Notes under the pieces: model-generated
What the model was told of the DNA's origin: nothing
Database searches by the model: none
What the model saw: only the letters and a program-made list of their open reading frames with translations
Made by a program: the position numbers and the translations under genes
DNA from: Bacteroidales bacterium
GTDB taxonomy: Bacteria > Bacteroidota > Bacteroidia > Bacteroidales > JACABE01
Assembly: GCA_038204725.1 (NCBI GenBank)
Contig: JBBRCQ010000006.1
Coordinates: 3,638-67,637 of the forward strand
DNA length: 64,000 nt
Direction of reading: 5' to 3'
Shown here: in pieces, positions 52,106 through 60,514 of the stretch
Position numbering within the stretch: position 1 is the stretch's first letter
Layout of the letters: every line of letters begins with the position of its first letter

Positions 52106-52115
52106 TTAGTAAAGC

Positions 52116-55100
52116 CTAAAAATCTAAACTCAGTGAAAAATAAAAAATTCCCTTTTTTACAACGCCGCTTTCAACGCCCCATGCATAATCTACTCTCATA
52201 AAATAACCTAGTAGTCTGGATCTGATGCCAAATCCATAGCCACCCACCAGAGGATCTATTTCTTTTTCGAGCCGTACGGTAAATGGATTTCCATATAGTG
52301 TTTTTGTATACAACGAATTGTTTTTATCCCAAGGATTGGTACCTGTCCATGCAGTACCAAAATCCCCAAACCCAATAAGCTGAAAGTTATATAAAAAATC
52401 AGAACGCATGGGTTTGTTTGAGAAATATCTGAACACAGGAAACCGTAACTCGCTGTTTATTACTGCAAAACTGTTTCCGTTTCTTATATTTTGGATAAAT
52501 CCACGCATATTGGTAGCCAGCGTTTGATAGGTGTAATTCTGATCGGTTGCAATATCAATATCACTGTTAAATTTTGGGAATAACCAATTATCAACCCCGC
52601 CCATGTAATAGATTAATTTATTTTTACCAAACGATGTGCTGGTGGCAAAACGGTTTGCCCAAATAAATGATTTGTGAATCTTTTGATAATTGCGATAATC
52701 GAAACCAACCACAAAAAGGTTTTTATTTGTAATGTTCAGCGATTGATAATATTCTCCCCAAAATTTATAACGTGTTCCATAATATAGGTTGAGCCCAATA
52801 TATCGTGTGTTGTCAAATACAAACTCCCCTTTTAACCCTGACCAGTTATTTACAATTTCAGGTCTTTCTAACCTTATTTGATCGGTTGATAGAAAAACTT
52901 CTTTATCGTTTCGTAAAAAAACAGTTCCTCTTGCGCTCATCACATTGTTGAATGGCCAGCGTAAGATATAATACACTGAATGAGTATATTGATGTGATCT
53001 GTATGCAAAGGTTGTGTTATCGATGGATTGACGATGAAAAATAATTTGTTTATCCAGTCTGTGTTTCAGGTTTTCGTAACTTAACAGGTATTCAAAATTA
53101 TCAAAATTAAATGAAAACCTGAAACCACCTGTTATCCGGTAATCTTCCATTAAATCACTTAACCCAATTTTCATGAGAAAGTTAAAGCCGGGATTGAGAT
53201 AAATAGGGGATCCCCCACCCGAAAACTGTTGGTAATTTGCATTTAAAAAACTAAAATCAAGTTGTGACGTAATATCATTGGCTGAGTATTCTACCTGGTA
53301 ATTTCGTTGTGTTTCCTGTACAAATGGATTGTCATTAAGGATTTCTGTACTGTCATTCGGATTGATTTGTCGAAATGCTTGTTTGTTATTTTGTACGCTG
53401 ACGTCATCACCACTCTGATCTTCTTTTGAATCATCTGAATTATATACATTGCGAAGTTTTTTGCGAACCGGCAAAAGTTTTTCTTCCTCTTTTTTAAGGG
53501 TATCCTTTTTTAAACTTTCTTTTTCAATCAGCAGCCGTTTGATAAACTCAGTGTTTTCTAATTTTTTGGCAGTTAGATTTGAAACCGTTAAACGATCCTC
53601 AATATACATTTTATAGACCCCGTCAGTATAAATAATTTCTGCTGTTTTCCCGGCTCTCGGGCTTATATCCTGCTCTATAATGCTTTGTTTATAATCTGAA
53701 ACAGGGAAAGATTTGGTGATGTAACGGTAATGGGTTGCAGTGTCAATATAATTGATAACACTGTCAAAACTGGCAATATACCTGTTATTGATACCATTGG
53801 CATCACTTAAATAACTGATATACCCGTTTTCATATTCCATGGGAAACGATTCATTTTCCATGGGTGTTTTGGTGATTCTTTTTAAAACTTTCTTACGACG
53901 GGCATAATCGTACAGATAAATATCTTTTTGATCGGTAATGTTGGAATTCAAAGGGAACTCTGTTTTGAGTGTATCATTGGTTCTATTTGAACTAAAGATG
54001 ATCTCCTTTGAATTATTGATGAATCTTGGATTTGCATCATCAAAAATATCTCTTGTAATTTGTTCAGAAGAATGAGATGCCATGTTGTAAACGAAAATAT
54101 CTGATTGGCTATTCTGTACTGCTGATAATACAAGCAATTGTCCATTTTGAGAATATGAAAAATCCAGTACTTTCTGGAAATATTGCAATAATATTTTTTC
54201 TGACTTTTTCTCTTCCAGGTTATAAAGATAAAGATAAATTAATCCTTTGGTTTCTATGATAATAGCAAGAATTTCACCCGAAGGATGCCAGGCAAGCAAA
54301 GGATAGGAATAATCGGTTTTGTCATCCAGTTTGAATCCCGATTTCATGATTTTCTTTCTTTTTTTTGTTTCAGAATTGTAAATCCAAACTTTGTATTGTC
54401 CACTCTCGTTGCTTACATAAGCAGTGTGAATACCATCGTTGCTGATTTTAATTCTGTTATATACCCTTGATGCTTTTATTTTTTTAATAATGGGTTCAAT
54501 TTCAGGCAAATTTCGTTGATACGATGGTGCATATTTTCCCTGATAAAAGGTAATCCATTCATCCACAATTTCCTTATAGGTCACACCTAATACATACAAA
54601 AAGCCGGTTTCGATATTTCGGCTGACTCTTGACATATAAATGATGTTGGAAATATTTTGTTCGCCATATTTTTCAGATATAAATCTCCAAAAAGAATGTC
54701 CTGCATACACAGCATCAACTCCGGTTAAATTATTAAACTTTTTGTATTTCCCCGATAATATCCCGTCTCTAACTATATTATCCGCTTCTGTATTCCAGTT
54801 GGTTGAAATGTGTGCAATTAATCCTTTTGAGTACCAATCGGGTATAGTGAATATGGTTTTGTTTTTTACCTGAGAAGTAAGACTGCTACCGAACATTAAT
54901 TGATTAAAAATAATTTCGGCAATACCTGCACGGATCTGTTGTTGAAAATCAGCATAATTTCCATTGAAATAAAGAAAAACCTTATTCCCCATAATATGCG
55001 TAAGTCCGCCTGTATTGTAACTTTCGTCATTGATATATCCGATATTACTTTGTTTAAAGTCTGACAATTTATTAAAAATGATGAACTGCATTTTATCATC

Positions 55101-55385
55101 CAGTTCATAATCGAGCTTGGTTTCAATTGCTTTTATATTTTTCAATGTATAGTTAGCTGTATAATTGGCAAATTGTTTGCCTCCCAGATAAAAATACACA
55201 TCAAATTTTTCGTATCGATAATAAGTCCAGAAAAAATCATCGTATTGTACACGGTTTTTGCCAAAATTCAATTGCATGCCACTGTAGAACTGAGCAAATA
55301 CGGTATTTATGCTATTGCATAATAAAAGCAAAAGCATTATTCTTAATAAGTTAAATTTCTTTATGTTGCGATATATAATTCCCAT
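52116..55385 (-). CDS. large outer-membrane protein: TolB/PD40-like beta-propeller region plus C-terminal Omp85-like beta-barrel
   Basis: Signal peptide (start set to MGIIYRNIKKFNLLRIMLLLLLCNSINTVFAQ). Mid region with WHPSG..LA......G...L...N.......ITR.....NP.F.. repeats typical of PD40. C-terminus ...GYGFGIRSRLLGYFMRVDYAWG.......FYFSLSLDF (barrel end with terminal F). Confidence 0.55.
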   Translation of the reverse strand: MGIIYRNIKKFNLLRIMLLLLLCNSINTVFAQFYSGMQLNFGKNRVQYDDFFWTYYRYEKFDVYFYLGGKQFANYTANYTLKNIKAIETKLDYELDDKMQFIIFNKLSDFKQSNIGYINDESYNTGGLTHIMGNKVFLYFNGNYADFQQQIRAGIAEIIFNQLMFGSSLTSQVKNKTIFTIPDWYSKGLIAHISTNWNTEADNIVRDGILSGKYKKFNNLTGVDAVYAGHSFWRFISEKYGEQNISNIIYMSRVSRNIETGFLYVLGVTYKEIVDEWITFYQGKYAPSYQRNLPEIEPIIKKIKASRVYNRIKISNDGIHTAYVSNESGQYKVWIYNSETKKRKKIMKSGFKLDDKTDYSYPLLAWHPSGEILAIIIETKGLIYLYLYNLEEKKSEKILLQYFQKVLDFSYSQNGQLLVLSAVQNSQSDIFVYNMASHSSEQITRDIFDDANPRFINNSKEIIFSSNRTNDTLKTEFPLNSNITDQKDIYLYDYARRKKVLKRITKTPMENESFPMEYENGYISYLSDANGINNRYIASFDSVINYIDTATHYRYITKSFPVSDYKQSIIEQDISPRAGKTAEIIYTDGVYKMYIEDRLTVSNLTAKKLENTEFIKRLLIEKESLKKDTLKKEEEKLLPVRKKLRNVYNSDDSKEDQSGDDVSVQNNKQAFRQINPNDSTEILNDNPFVQETQRNYQVEYSANDITSQLDFSFLNANYQQFSGGGSPIYLNPGFNFLMKIGLSDLMEDYRITGGFRFSFNFDNFEYLLSYENLKHRLDKQIIFHRQSIDNTTFAYRSHQYTHSVYYILRWPFNNVMSARGTVFLRNDKEVFLSTDQIRLERPEIVNNWSGLKGEFVFDNTRYIGLNLYYGTRYKFWGEYYQSLNITNKNLFVVGFDYRNYQKIHKSFIWANRFATSTSFGKNKLIYYMGGVDNWLFPKFNSDIDIATDQNYTYQTLATNMRGFIQNIRNGNSFAVINSELRFPVFRYFSNKPMRSDFLYNFQLIGFGDFGTAWTGTNPWDKNNSLYTKTLYGNPFTVRLEKEIDPLVGGYGFGIRSRLLGYFMRVDYAWGVESGVVKKGIFYFSLSLDF

Positions 55386-55821
55386 TGTGTAAGCCTGTTT
55401 TATAAGCTTTTTGAATTTAGGTGCTAAGATAATACATTTAAAAATACTCTGACAAAACATTCTTAATTATAACAAAGTTTTCTTAGTTTTTATTATGAAT
55501 ATTTATAATATTCTGATTTTTATTTCATTATTGTTACATATACCTAACTGAACTGAAGTACTTTGGTTTGTTGTTTAAAATAAAACAGATAGAAAGCTGA
55601 AATTATTTAATTATATGGTAATCAAAGTTTAACCTGATATTTAATAGTTTTAATGGGACTATTGTGTTTTTATTTAAAAACGTGGCATAATAATTGTAAT
55701 TTTACGGTATCAATTCTACACAGAAAACACCGGAAGGAAAACAGTTATTAAAAAATATTAATTTCTTCGGCCATTATTTAACAACAGGCATTTTGGATAT
55801 AAACCATAAAATAAATTAAAG

Positions 55822-56232
55822 ATGAAAACAAAAAATATTTTTATAATAGGAGTGGTCGTAATTGCTGGTTTTGCAGCTTGTACAAAAGATGACACAATTA
55901 CACCCGTAGAAACAATAAAACGGACTGATTATGTGGGTTCATGGGCTTGTACAGAAGTACCTGTAGCCAAAAATTTGAATTTTGACTGTATTATCTCATT
56001 AGATCCATCTACAGAAAGTAATATTAAAATTTCCAATTTTGCCAGTTTAAATAGTAATGCTTTTGCAATTGTAAACGGGAAAAGTCTTATACTACCTAGG
56101 CAGACGATCAATAATAATACAGTTGAAGGTTATGGTACAATGGATAATAATAAAAATTTTATAACCTGGAACTATTATGTTGTGGATAATACGGATAGTA
56201 CAGTTTATAATACAACTTTTAACAGAAAATAA
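55822..56232 (+). CDS. hypothetical lipoprotein
   Basis: Lipobox-like VIAGFAAC at residues 14-21. No recognised domain. Confidence 0.5.
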   Translation: MKTKNIFIIGVVVIAGFAACTKDDTITPVETIKRTDYVGSWACTEVPVAKNLNFDCIISLDPSTESNIKISNFASLNSNAFAIVNGKSLILPRQTINNNTVEGYGTMDNNKNFITWNYYVVDNTDSTVYNTTFNRK

Positions 56233-56292
56233 TACAGTTTGAAAGATGAGAATACCCATTTCAATGCTTGATATTGAAATTAAAAAGTTTTA

Positions 56293-56324
56293 AAAAAAGC
56301 ACTCAACTAAGAGTGCTTTTTTTT
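56293..56324 (+). terminator. rho-independent terminator after the lipoprotein gene
   Basis: AAAGCACTC-AACTAA-GAGTGCTTT plus T-run. Confidence 0.8.
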
Positions 56325-56471
56325 GTAGGATCAATAACTAGTAAATTTCCAAATATATCTCTAAACATTTATCATAAGAATGATTATAACAAAGAGGTTT
56401 AATTATTTTTTTATTATTATTTGAATTTTAGATGATCTATTTAAGTTATATATAAATAGCAATGAATAAAA

Positions 56472-56496
56472 AAGGCTCTCATTGCTGAGAGCCTTT
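56472..56496 (-). terminator. rho-independent terminator after the 243-aa OMP gene
   Basis: AAGGCTCTC-ATTGC-TGAGAGCCTT. On the minus strand it is followed by TTTTTTATT. Confidence 0.8.
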
Positions 56497-56515
56497 TAAT
56501 AAATTTATGTTTATA

Positions 56516-57247
56516 TTAGAAAGAATATCCAATAGCAGCGCCAAATACAGGAAGAACACCACTAAAAGACAAACCTGATGCGAATATCATATTTTCATCA
56601 TATTTATCATCATATGTATAACTCATACTTGTGTAACCTACACCAGCATATAAATCAAGTGTAAAACCACCCCAAATCCATTGGCGGCCACCAACAGCAC
56701 CACCACCAAAAACTGTGATTTTGTTGTTAAACTCTTCATAACCTGTGAAAGCCATTTTTTCGTTGATCATTGTAAAAGTTACATAAGGTGAAACATACCA
56801 ACCTTCAATAGCTTCCTCAAAATAATAACGAAATTCAGGATTAATAGAAAAACCACTATAGCTATATTCCATTCCCAATATACCGGTTGAACGGGAATAA
56901 AAACCCAATGTAAGCGCTACAGACATATTGTCTCCGATTTTTCTTTCATATTGAGCTCCAAAAGTTCCAAATATCATAGATAATGGATTGGTTTTAATAC
57001 TATTGCTATAATCACCACCACCACCTCTGCGGCCTCCTTTTTTCTTTCTTCTTTTTTTCAACATATCATTTTCTTCGTCTGCGATAACTATTTTGCTATC
57101 TATAGCATTGTCATCTATAAAATTAGCTTTTTTTTCAGTTAAATCAAAAGCTGATTTTTTAAGTTTGTTTCCCTCGAAACTCATTTGCGAAAAGGAAGTG
57201 TTTGTCAAAAACATTCCTAAAAAAAGTAATAAATAAATTTTTTTCAT
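56516..57247 (-). CDS. outer-membrane beta-barrel protein with basic Arg/Lys/Gly linker (paralog A)
   Basis: Signal peptide MKKIYLLLFLGMF. KKRRKKKGGRRGGGGD. Alternating beta-strand pattern. C-terminal ...GAAIGYSF. Confidence 0.6.
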   Translation of the reverse strand: MKKIYLLLFLGMFLTNTSFSQMSFEGNKLKKSAFDLTEKKANFIDDNAIDSKIVIADEENDMLKKRRKKKGGRRGGGGDYSNSIKTNPLSMIFGTFGAQYERKIGDNMSVALTLGFYSRSTGILGMEYSYSGFSINPEFRYYFEEAIEGWYVSPYVTFTMINEKMAFTGYEEFNNKITVFGGGAVGGRQWIWGGFTLDLYAGVGYTSMSYTYDDKYDENMIFASGLSFSGVLPVFGAAIGYSF

Positions 57248-57327
57248 CTTTTTGTAATAAATTAATAAATAAATAATTTGGTTAATATATTGAAGTTTTT
57301 AAACTAAAATATCAAATTTAAAAAGGG

Positions 57328-58410
57328 TTAAAAGGTAATTTTCATACCTATATTTAAACCAATACTGCCAAAAGAAATAGATTGTTTTAATGCTTGTGAA
57401 GGTTCATCTGAAGTATGAGGTGTAGAAGTAGAAGAATACTCCAGTGATTCATAATAGTTTGTTTGTTTTTGTGCAACAGTGGTAAGCAATGACATCTTAT
57501 CTACATCATTTATGCTATATTCTTTTATTTCACTCATACTAGGAGAATAGGACATATTAATCATGTTAAATTCGCCAAATATTGAAATATTATCGCTCAT
57601 TGTAAAAGAACATCCTAAAGTAGCATTAATACCAATCGCTAAACCTCCGCTGAATTCCCTGTTATTAAATGTTTTATTGATGATAGTTGTATCCATTATA
57701 CCTGGTAACATTATCGTATTTGTAGAAGTATTGGTATTTTCAATATTAAAAGAACCAAAACCTAAAGTCATTCCAAACTTTGCATAGGGATTAATGCCTT
57801 CCATCCCGGAAGCTATAATAATGGAGGGGCTAATTCTAACCATTGAAGCTTGTATTGATGTAATTCCTTCTCCTTTTGAAATTTGGGTTGTGGTTGTTTT
57901 TTCATTTGTTTGAGTTGATGTTGTTTTGCCTCCCAACAAATAAGAAAGTCCTAATTCAACTCCAAAATTACCGTTGATCATATATCCAACAGATCCATTG
58001 ATACACAATCCTTTGCCTAACGATAGATTGATCTGATCGTAAGTAACTTTCATGAAAGGAATAGGATTCACCAATGATCCCTCTGTTTCAGTATAGGTAC
58101 TGTCATTAAAACCTGTCATGTTTTGAGAACCCAATCCAAGTCCATAACCCAATCCAAAAGAAACATATAAACCACCTTCTGAAGAACCACCTCTTCGTCT
58201 GCTGCTTCGTCTTCTTTTGGCTGTAAGATCATTGTTTTCATCTCCAATAATTACTTTGGTATCAGTAAATTGTTTACTTAGAAATGTTGCTTTTTTTGAT
58301 GTTAAATCAAAAGCAGATTTGGAGATATTCCTTTGATTGTAAATCATTTGTGAGAAAGTATCGGTTGTTGCAACCATACCTAAAAAGAGTAATAAATAGA
58401 TTTTTTTCAT
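57328..58410 (-). CDS. outer-membrane beta-barrel protein with basic Arg/Ser/Gly linker (paralog B)
   Basis: N-terminal ~75 aa collinear with paralog A (MKKIYLLLFLGM...SFSQM....KSAFDLT.KKA.F......D.K..I.DE.ND....RR). KRRRSSRRRGGSSEGG. C-terminal ...IGMKITF. Confidence 0.6.
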   Translation of the reverse strand: MKKIYLLLFLGMVATTDTFSQMIYNQRNISKSAFDLTSKKATFLSKQFTDTKVIIGDENNDLTAKRRRSSRRRGGSSEGGLYVSFGLGYGLGLGSQNMTGFNDSTYTETEGSLVNPIPFMKVTYDQINLSLGKGLCINGSVGYMINGNFGVELGLSYLLGGKTTSTQTNEKTTTTQISKGEGITSIQASMVRISPSIIIASGMEGINPYAKFGMTLGFGSFNIENTNTSTNTIMLPGIMDTTIINKTFNNREFSGGLAIGINATLGCSFTMSDNISIFGEFNMINMSYSPSMSEIKEYSINDVDKMSLLTTVAQKQTNYYESLEYSSTSTPHTSDEPSQALKQSISFGSIGLNIGMKITF

Positions 58411-58717
58411 AGGGTTTGTTTGTTAATAATCTACTAATTTTAAATTGACTATGCAAAAGTATTTATTTTTTTGTAAAAAAAAATTTTTTTTTTGGAAAAT
58501 ATCCTTTTATCTTATAAAAACCCTTATTTATGGTGAAAAAAACCCTTTATAGCTAATAAATTTAATTTGTTTTTTTTTATTGGGTAATATTGCATTGTAA
58601 ATCAAAGAAAAATATCATTAATAAATTACATTGGTTGGAAACTGTTAGTTTTAGCAAAAAGTAATTAAAAAACTAAAAAACTTTAATTTAGATGAGGGAA
58701 GTACTTAATATTTTTTA

Positions 58718-58725
58718 TAATTTTG
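58718..58725 (+). promoter_or_regulatory. -7 box TAATTTTG upstream of dnaX
   Basis: Perfect TAnnTTTG, 27 nt before ATG 58752. Confidence 0.4.
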
Positions 58726-58751
58726 AAGATTATAATAATTAATCAGCATTG

Positions 58752-60488
58752 ATGGAAAACTATATAGTTTCAGCACGAAAATACAGACCGAGTACATTTG
58801 ATACAGTGGTTGGACAAGCCTCTATTACGAACACATTAAAAAATGCCATAAAGAATAATCATCTGGCACAGGCTTTTTTATTTTGTGGACCCAGAGGTGT
58901 TGGAAAAACTACTTGTGCCAGGATATTGGCAAAAACAATTAATTGTCAAAACATTAGCGACAAAACTGAAGCCTGTGATGCCTGTGAATCCTGTATCTCT
59001 TTCAATAATTCAGCTTCCTTTAATATCTATGAATTAGATGCAGCATCCAACAATTCTGTGGACGACATCCGCAGTCTGGTGGATCAGGTACGCATTCCGC
59101 CACAATTTGGCAAATACAAGGTTTATATTATCGATGAAGTTCACATGCTTTCTACTTCCGCTTTTAATGCTTTTTTAAAAACGTTGGAAGAACCTCCTGC
59201 TTATGCAAAATTTATACTTGCCACTACCGAAAAACATAAAATTATTCCAACGATTTTGTCACGTTGTCAGATTTTTGATTTTAAAAGGATAAAAATCGAA
59301 GACATTGCTCATCATTTAGCGTATGTTGCTGAAAAGGAAAATATTATTGCGGATAAAGATGCGTTGCACATCATTGCCCAAAAAGCAGATGGTGCACTTC
59401 GGGATGCATTGTCAATATTCGACCAGTTGGTTAGTTTTGCGGGAAACCACCTCACTTATCAGGCTGTTATCGAAAATCTTAATGTACTCGATTATGACTA
59501 TTATTTTAGATTAACAGATTTCTTTCTGCAAAATGAAATACCCGATGCTTTGTTGCTATACAATGAAGTAGTTGAAAAAGGGTTTGATGGTCAGCATTTT
59601 ATCATTGGGTTAGGAGAACATTTGCGTAATTTGCTGGTGTGCAAAGACCTTTCAACCATTAAATTAATGGAAATCGGTGACAACTTAAAAGAACGGTATA
59701 AACAACAAGCGATCAAATGTCCGGTTTCCTTTTTATTTAAATCATTAGAGAATATAAACCAATGTGATTTAAACTATAAAATCAGCAATAATAAAAGATT
59801 AAGTATCGAAATAATGTTGATGCAATTAAGCTCAATTTTAAATGCATCTACATCCTCAGAAACGATAAAGAAACAAGAAATTAACGCTCCCAAGCAAGAG
59901 GCAAAAAAGGTTGAGGAAACTATTCGTCCTGTTATCGCAACTGCTATTCCCGCTGTTACTGTTAATCCCATTGCGAAACCAGATGCAGCTAAAGCTGTTT
60001 CTGCTATAAGTCCTTCAGCTTTTGGAGGAATATCGGTTAAAGCAATGATGAATGAAGAAATAAAACCTGAACAAAAAACTACAGATGAGGCAATAGATAT
60101 GCTTCAAGAATCTGATGTAAACTATGAAATTTCACAGGAAAATTTTGAAAAATTTTGGATGGAATACATGGAATCTATTATGGATTCCTCACCAAGTTTG
60201 TATGCAACACTAACAAAAAATAAACCCATAGTAAGGGGACAAATCATTGATATTACAATTGATAACAAAGTACAGGAAACAACGATACAACAAAAAAAAG
60301 CAGAAATTCTCGACTTCCTGAGGAAAAAGACCGGCAATTATGCATTACAAATAGAAACAAAGGTTATTGCTTCTGAATTTGTAAGTGATATTGCATATAC
60401 CGATCATGCTAAATTTAAGAAAATGGCAGAAAAAAATCCTGATGTTGTTAAACTAAAAGATGATTTAAACCTAGAAATAGAATTTTAA
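58752..60488 (+). CDS. dnaX: DNA polymerase III subunit gamma/tau
   Basis: RKYRP.TF..VVGQ, GPRGVGKTT (Walker A), Zn module C....C..C..C, IIDEVHMLS, SRCQ.F.F. Confidence 0.9.
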   Translation: MENYIVSARKYRPSTFDTVVGQASITNTLKNAIKNNHLAQAFLFCGPRGVGKTTCARILAKTINCQNISDKTEACDACESCISFNNSASFNIYELDAASNNSVDDIRSLVDQVRIPPQFGKYKVYIIDEVHMLSTSAFNAFLKTLEEPPAYAKFILATTEKHKIIPTILSRCQIFDFKRIKIEDIAHHLAYVAEKENIIADKDALHIIAQKADGALRDALSIFDQLVSFAGNHLTYQAVIENLNVLDYDYYFRLTDFFLQNEIPDALLLYNEVVEKGFDGQHFIIGLGEHLRNLLVCKDLSTIKLMEIGDNLKERYKQQAIKCPVSFLFKSLENINQCDLNYKISNNKRLSIEIMLMQLSSILNASTSSETIKKQEINAPKQEAKKVEETIRPVIATAIPAVTVNPIAKPDAAKAVSAISPSAFGGISVKAMMNEEIKPEQKTTDEAIDMLQESDVNYEISQENFEKFWMEYMESIMDSSPSLYATLTKNKPIVRGQIIDITIDNKVQETTIQQKKAEILDFLRKKTGNYALQIETKVIASEFVSDIAYTDHAKFKKMAEKNPDVVKLKDDLNLEIEF

Positions 60489-60514
60489 TTTTTACTCATT
60501 AAAAATAAACTCAA

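Noticed and set aside
51906-52109. 67-aa + strand ORF ending VHYSLFTVHYSLFTVHSSLFTVHSSL.
   Set aside because: It is the stop-free antisense reading of the heptamer array, not a gene.
58411-58748. An SRP (4.5S) RNA upstream of dnaX, as in some bacteria.
   Set aside because: No GGAAGCAGCC-type conserved loop or GC-rich helix. The region is AT-rich with homopolymer runs.
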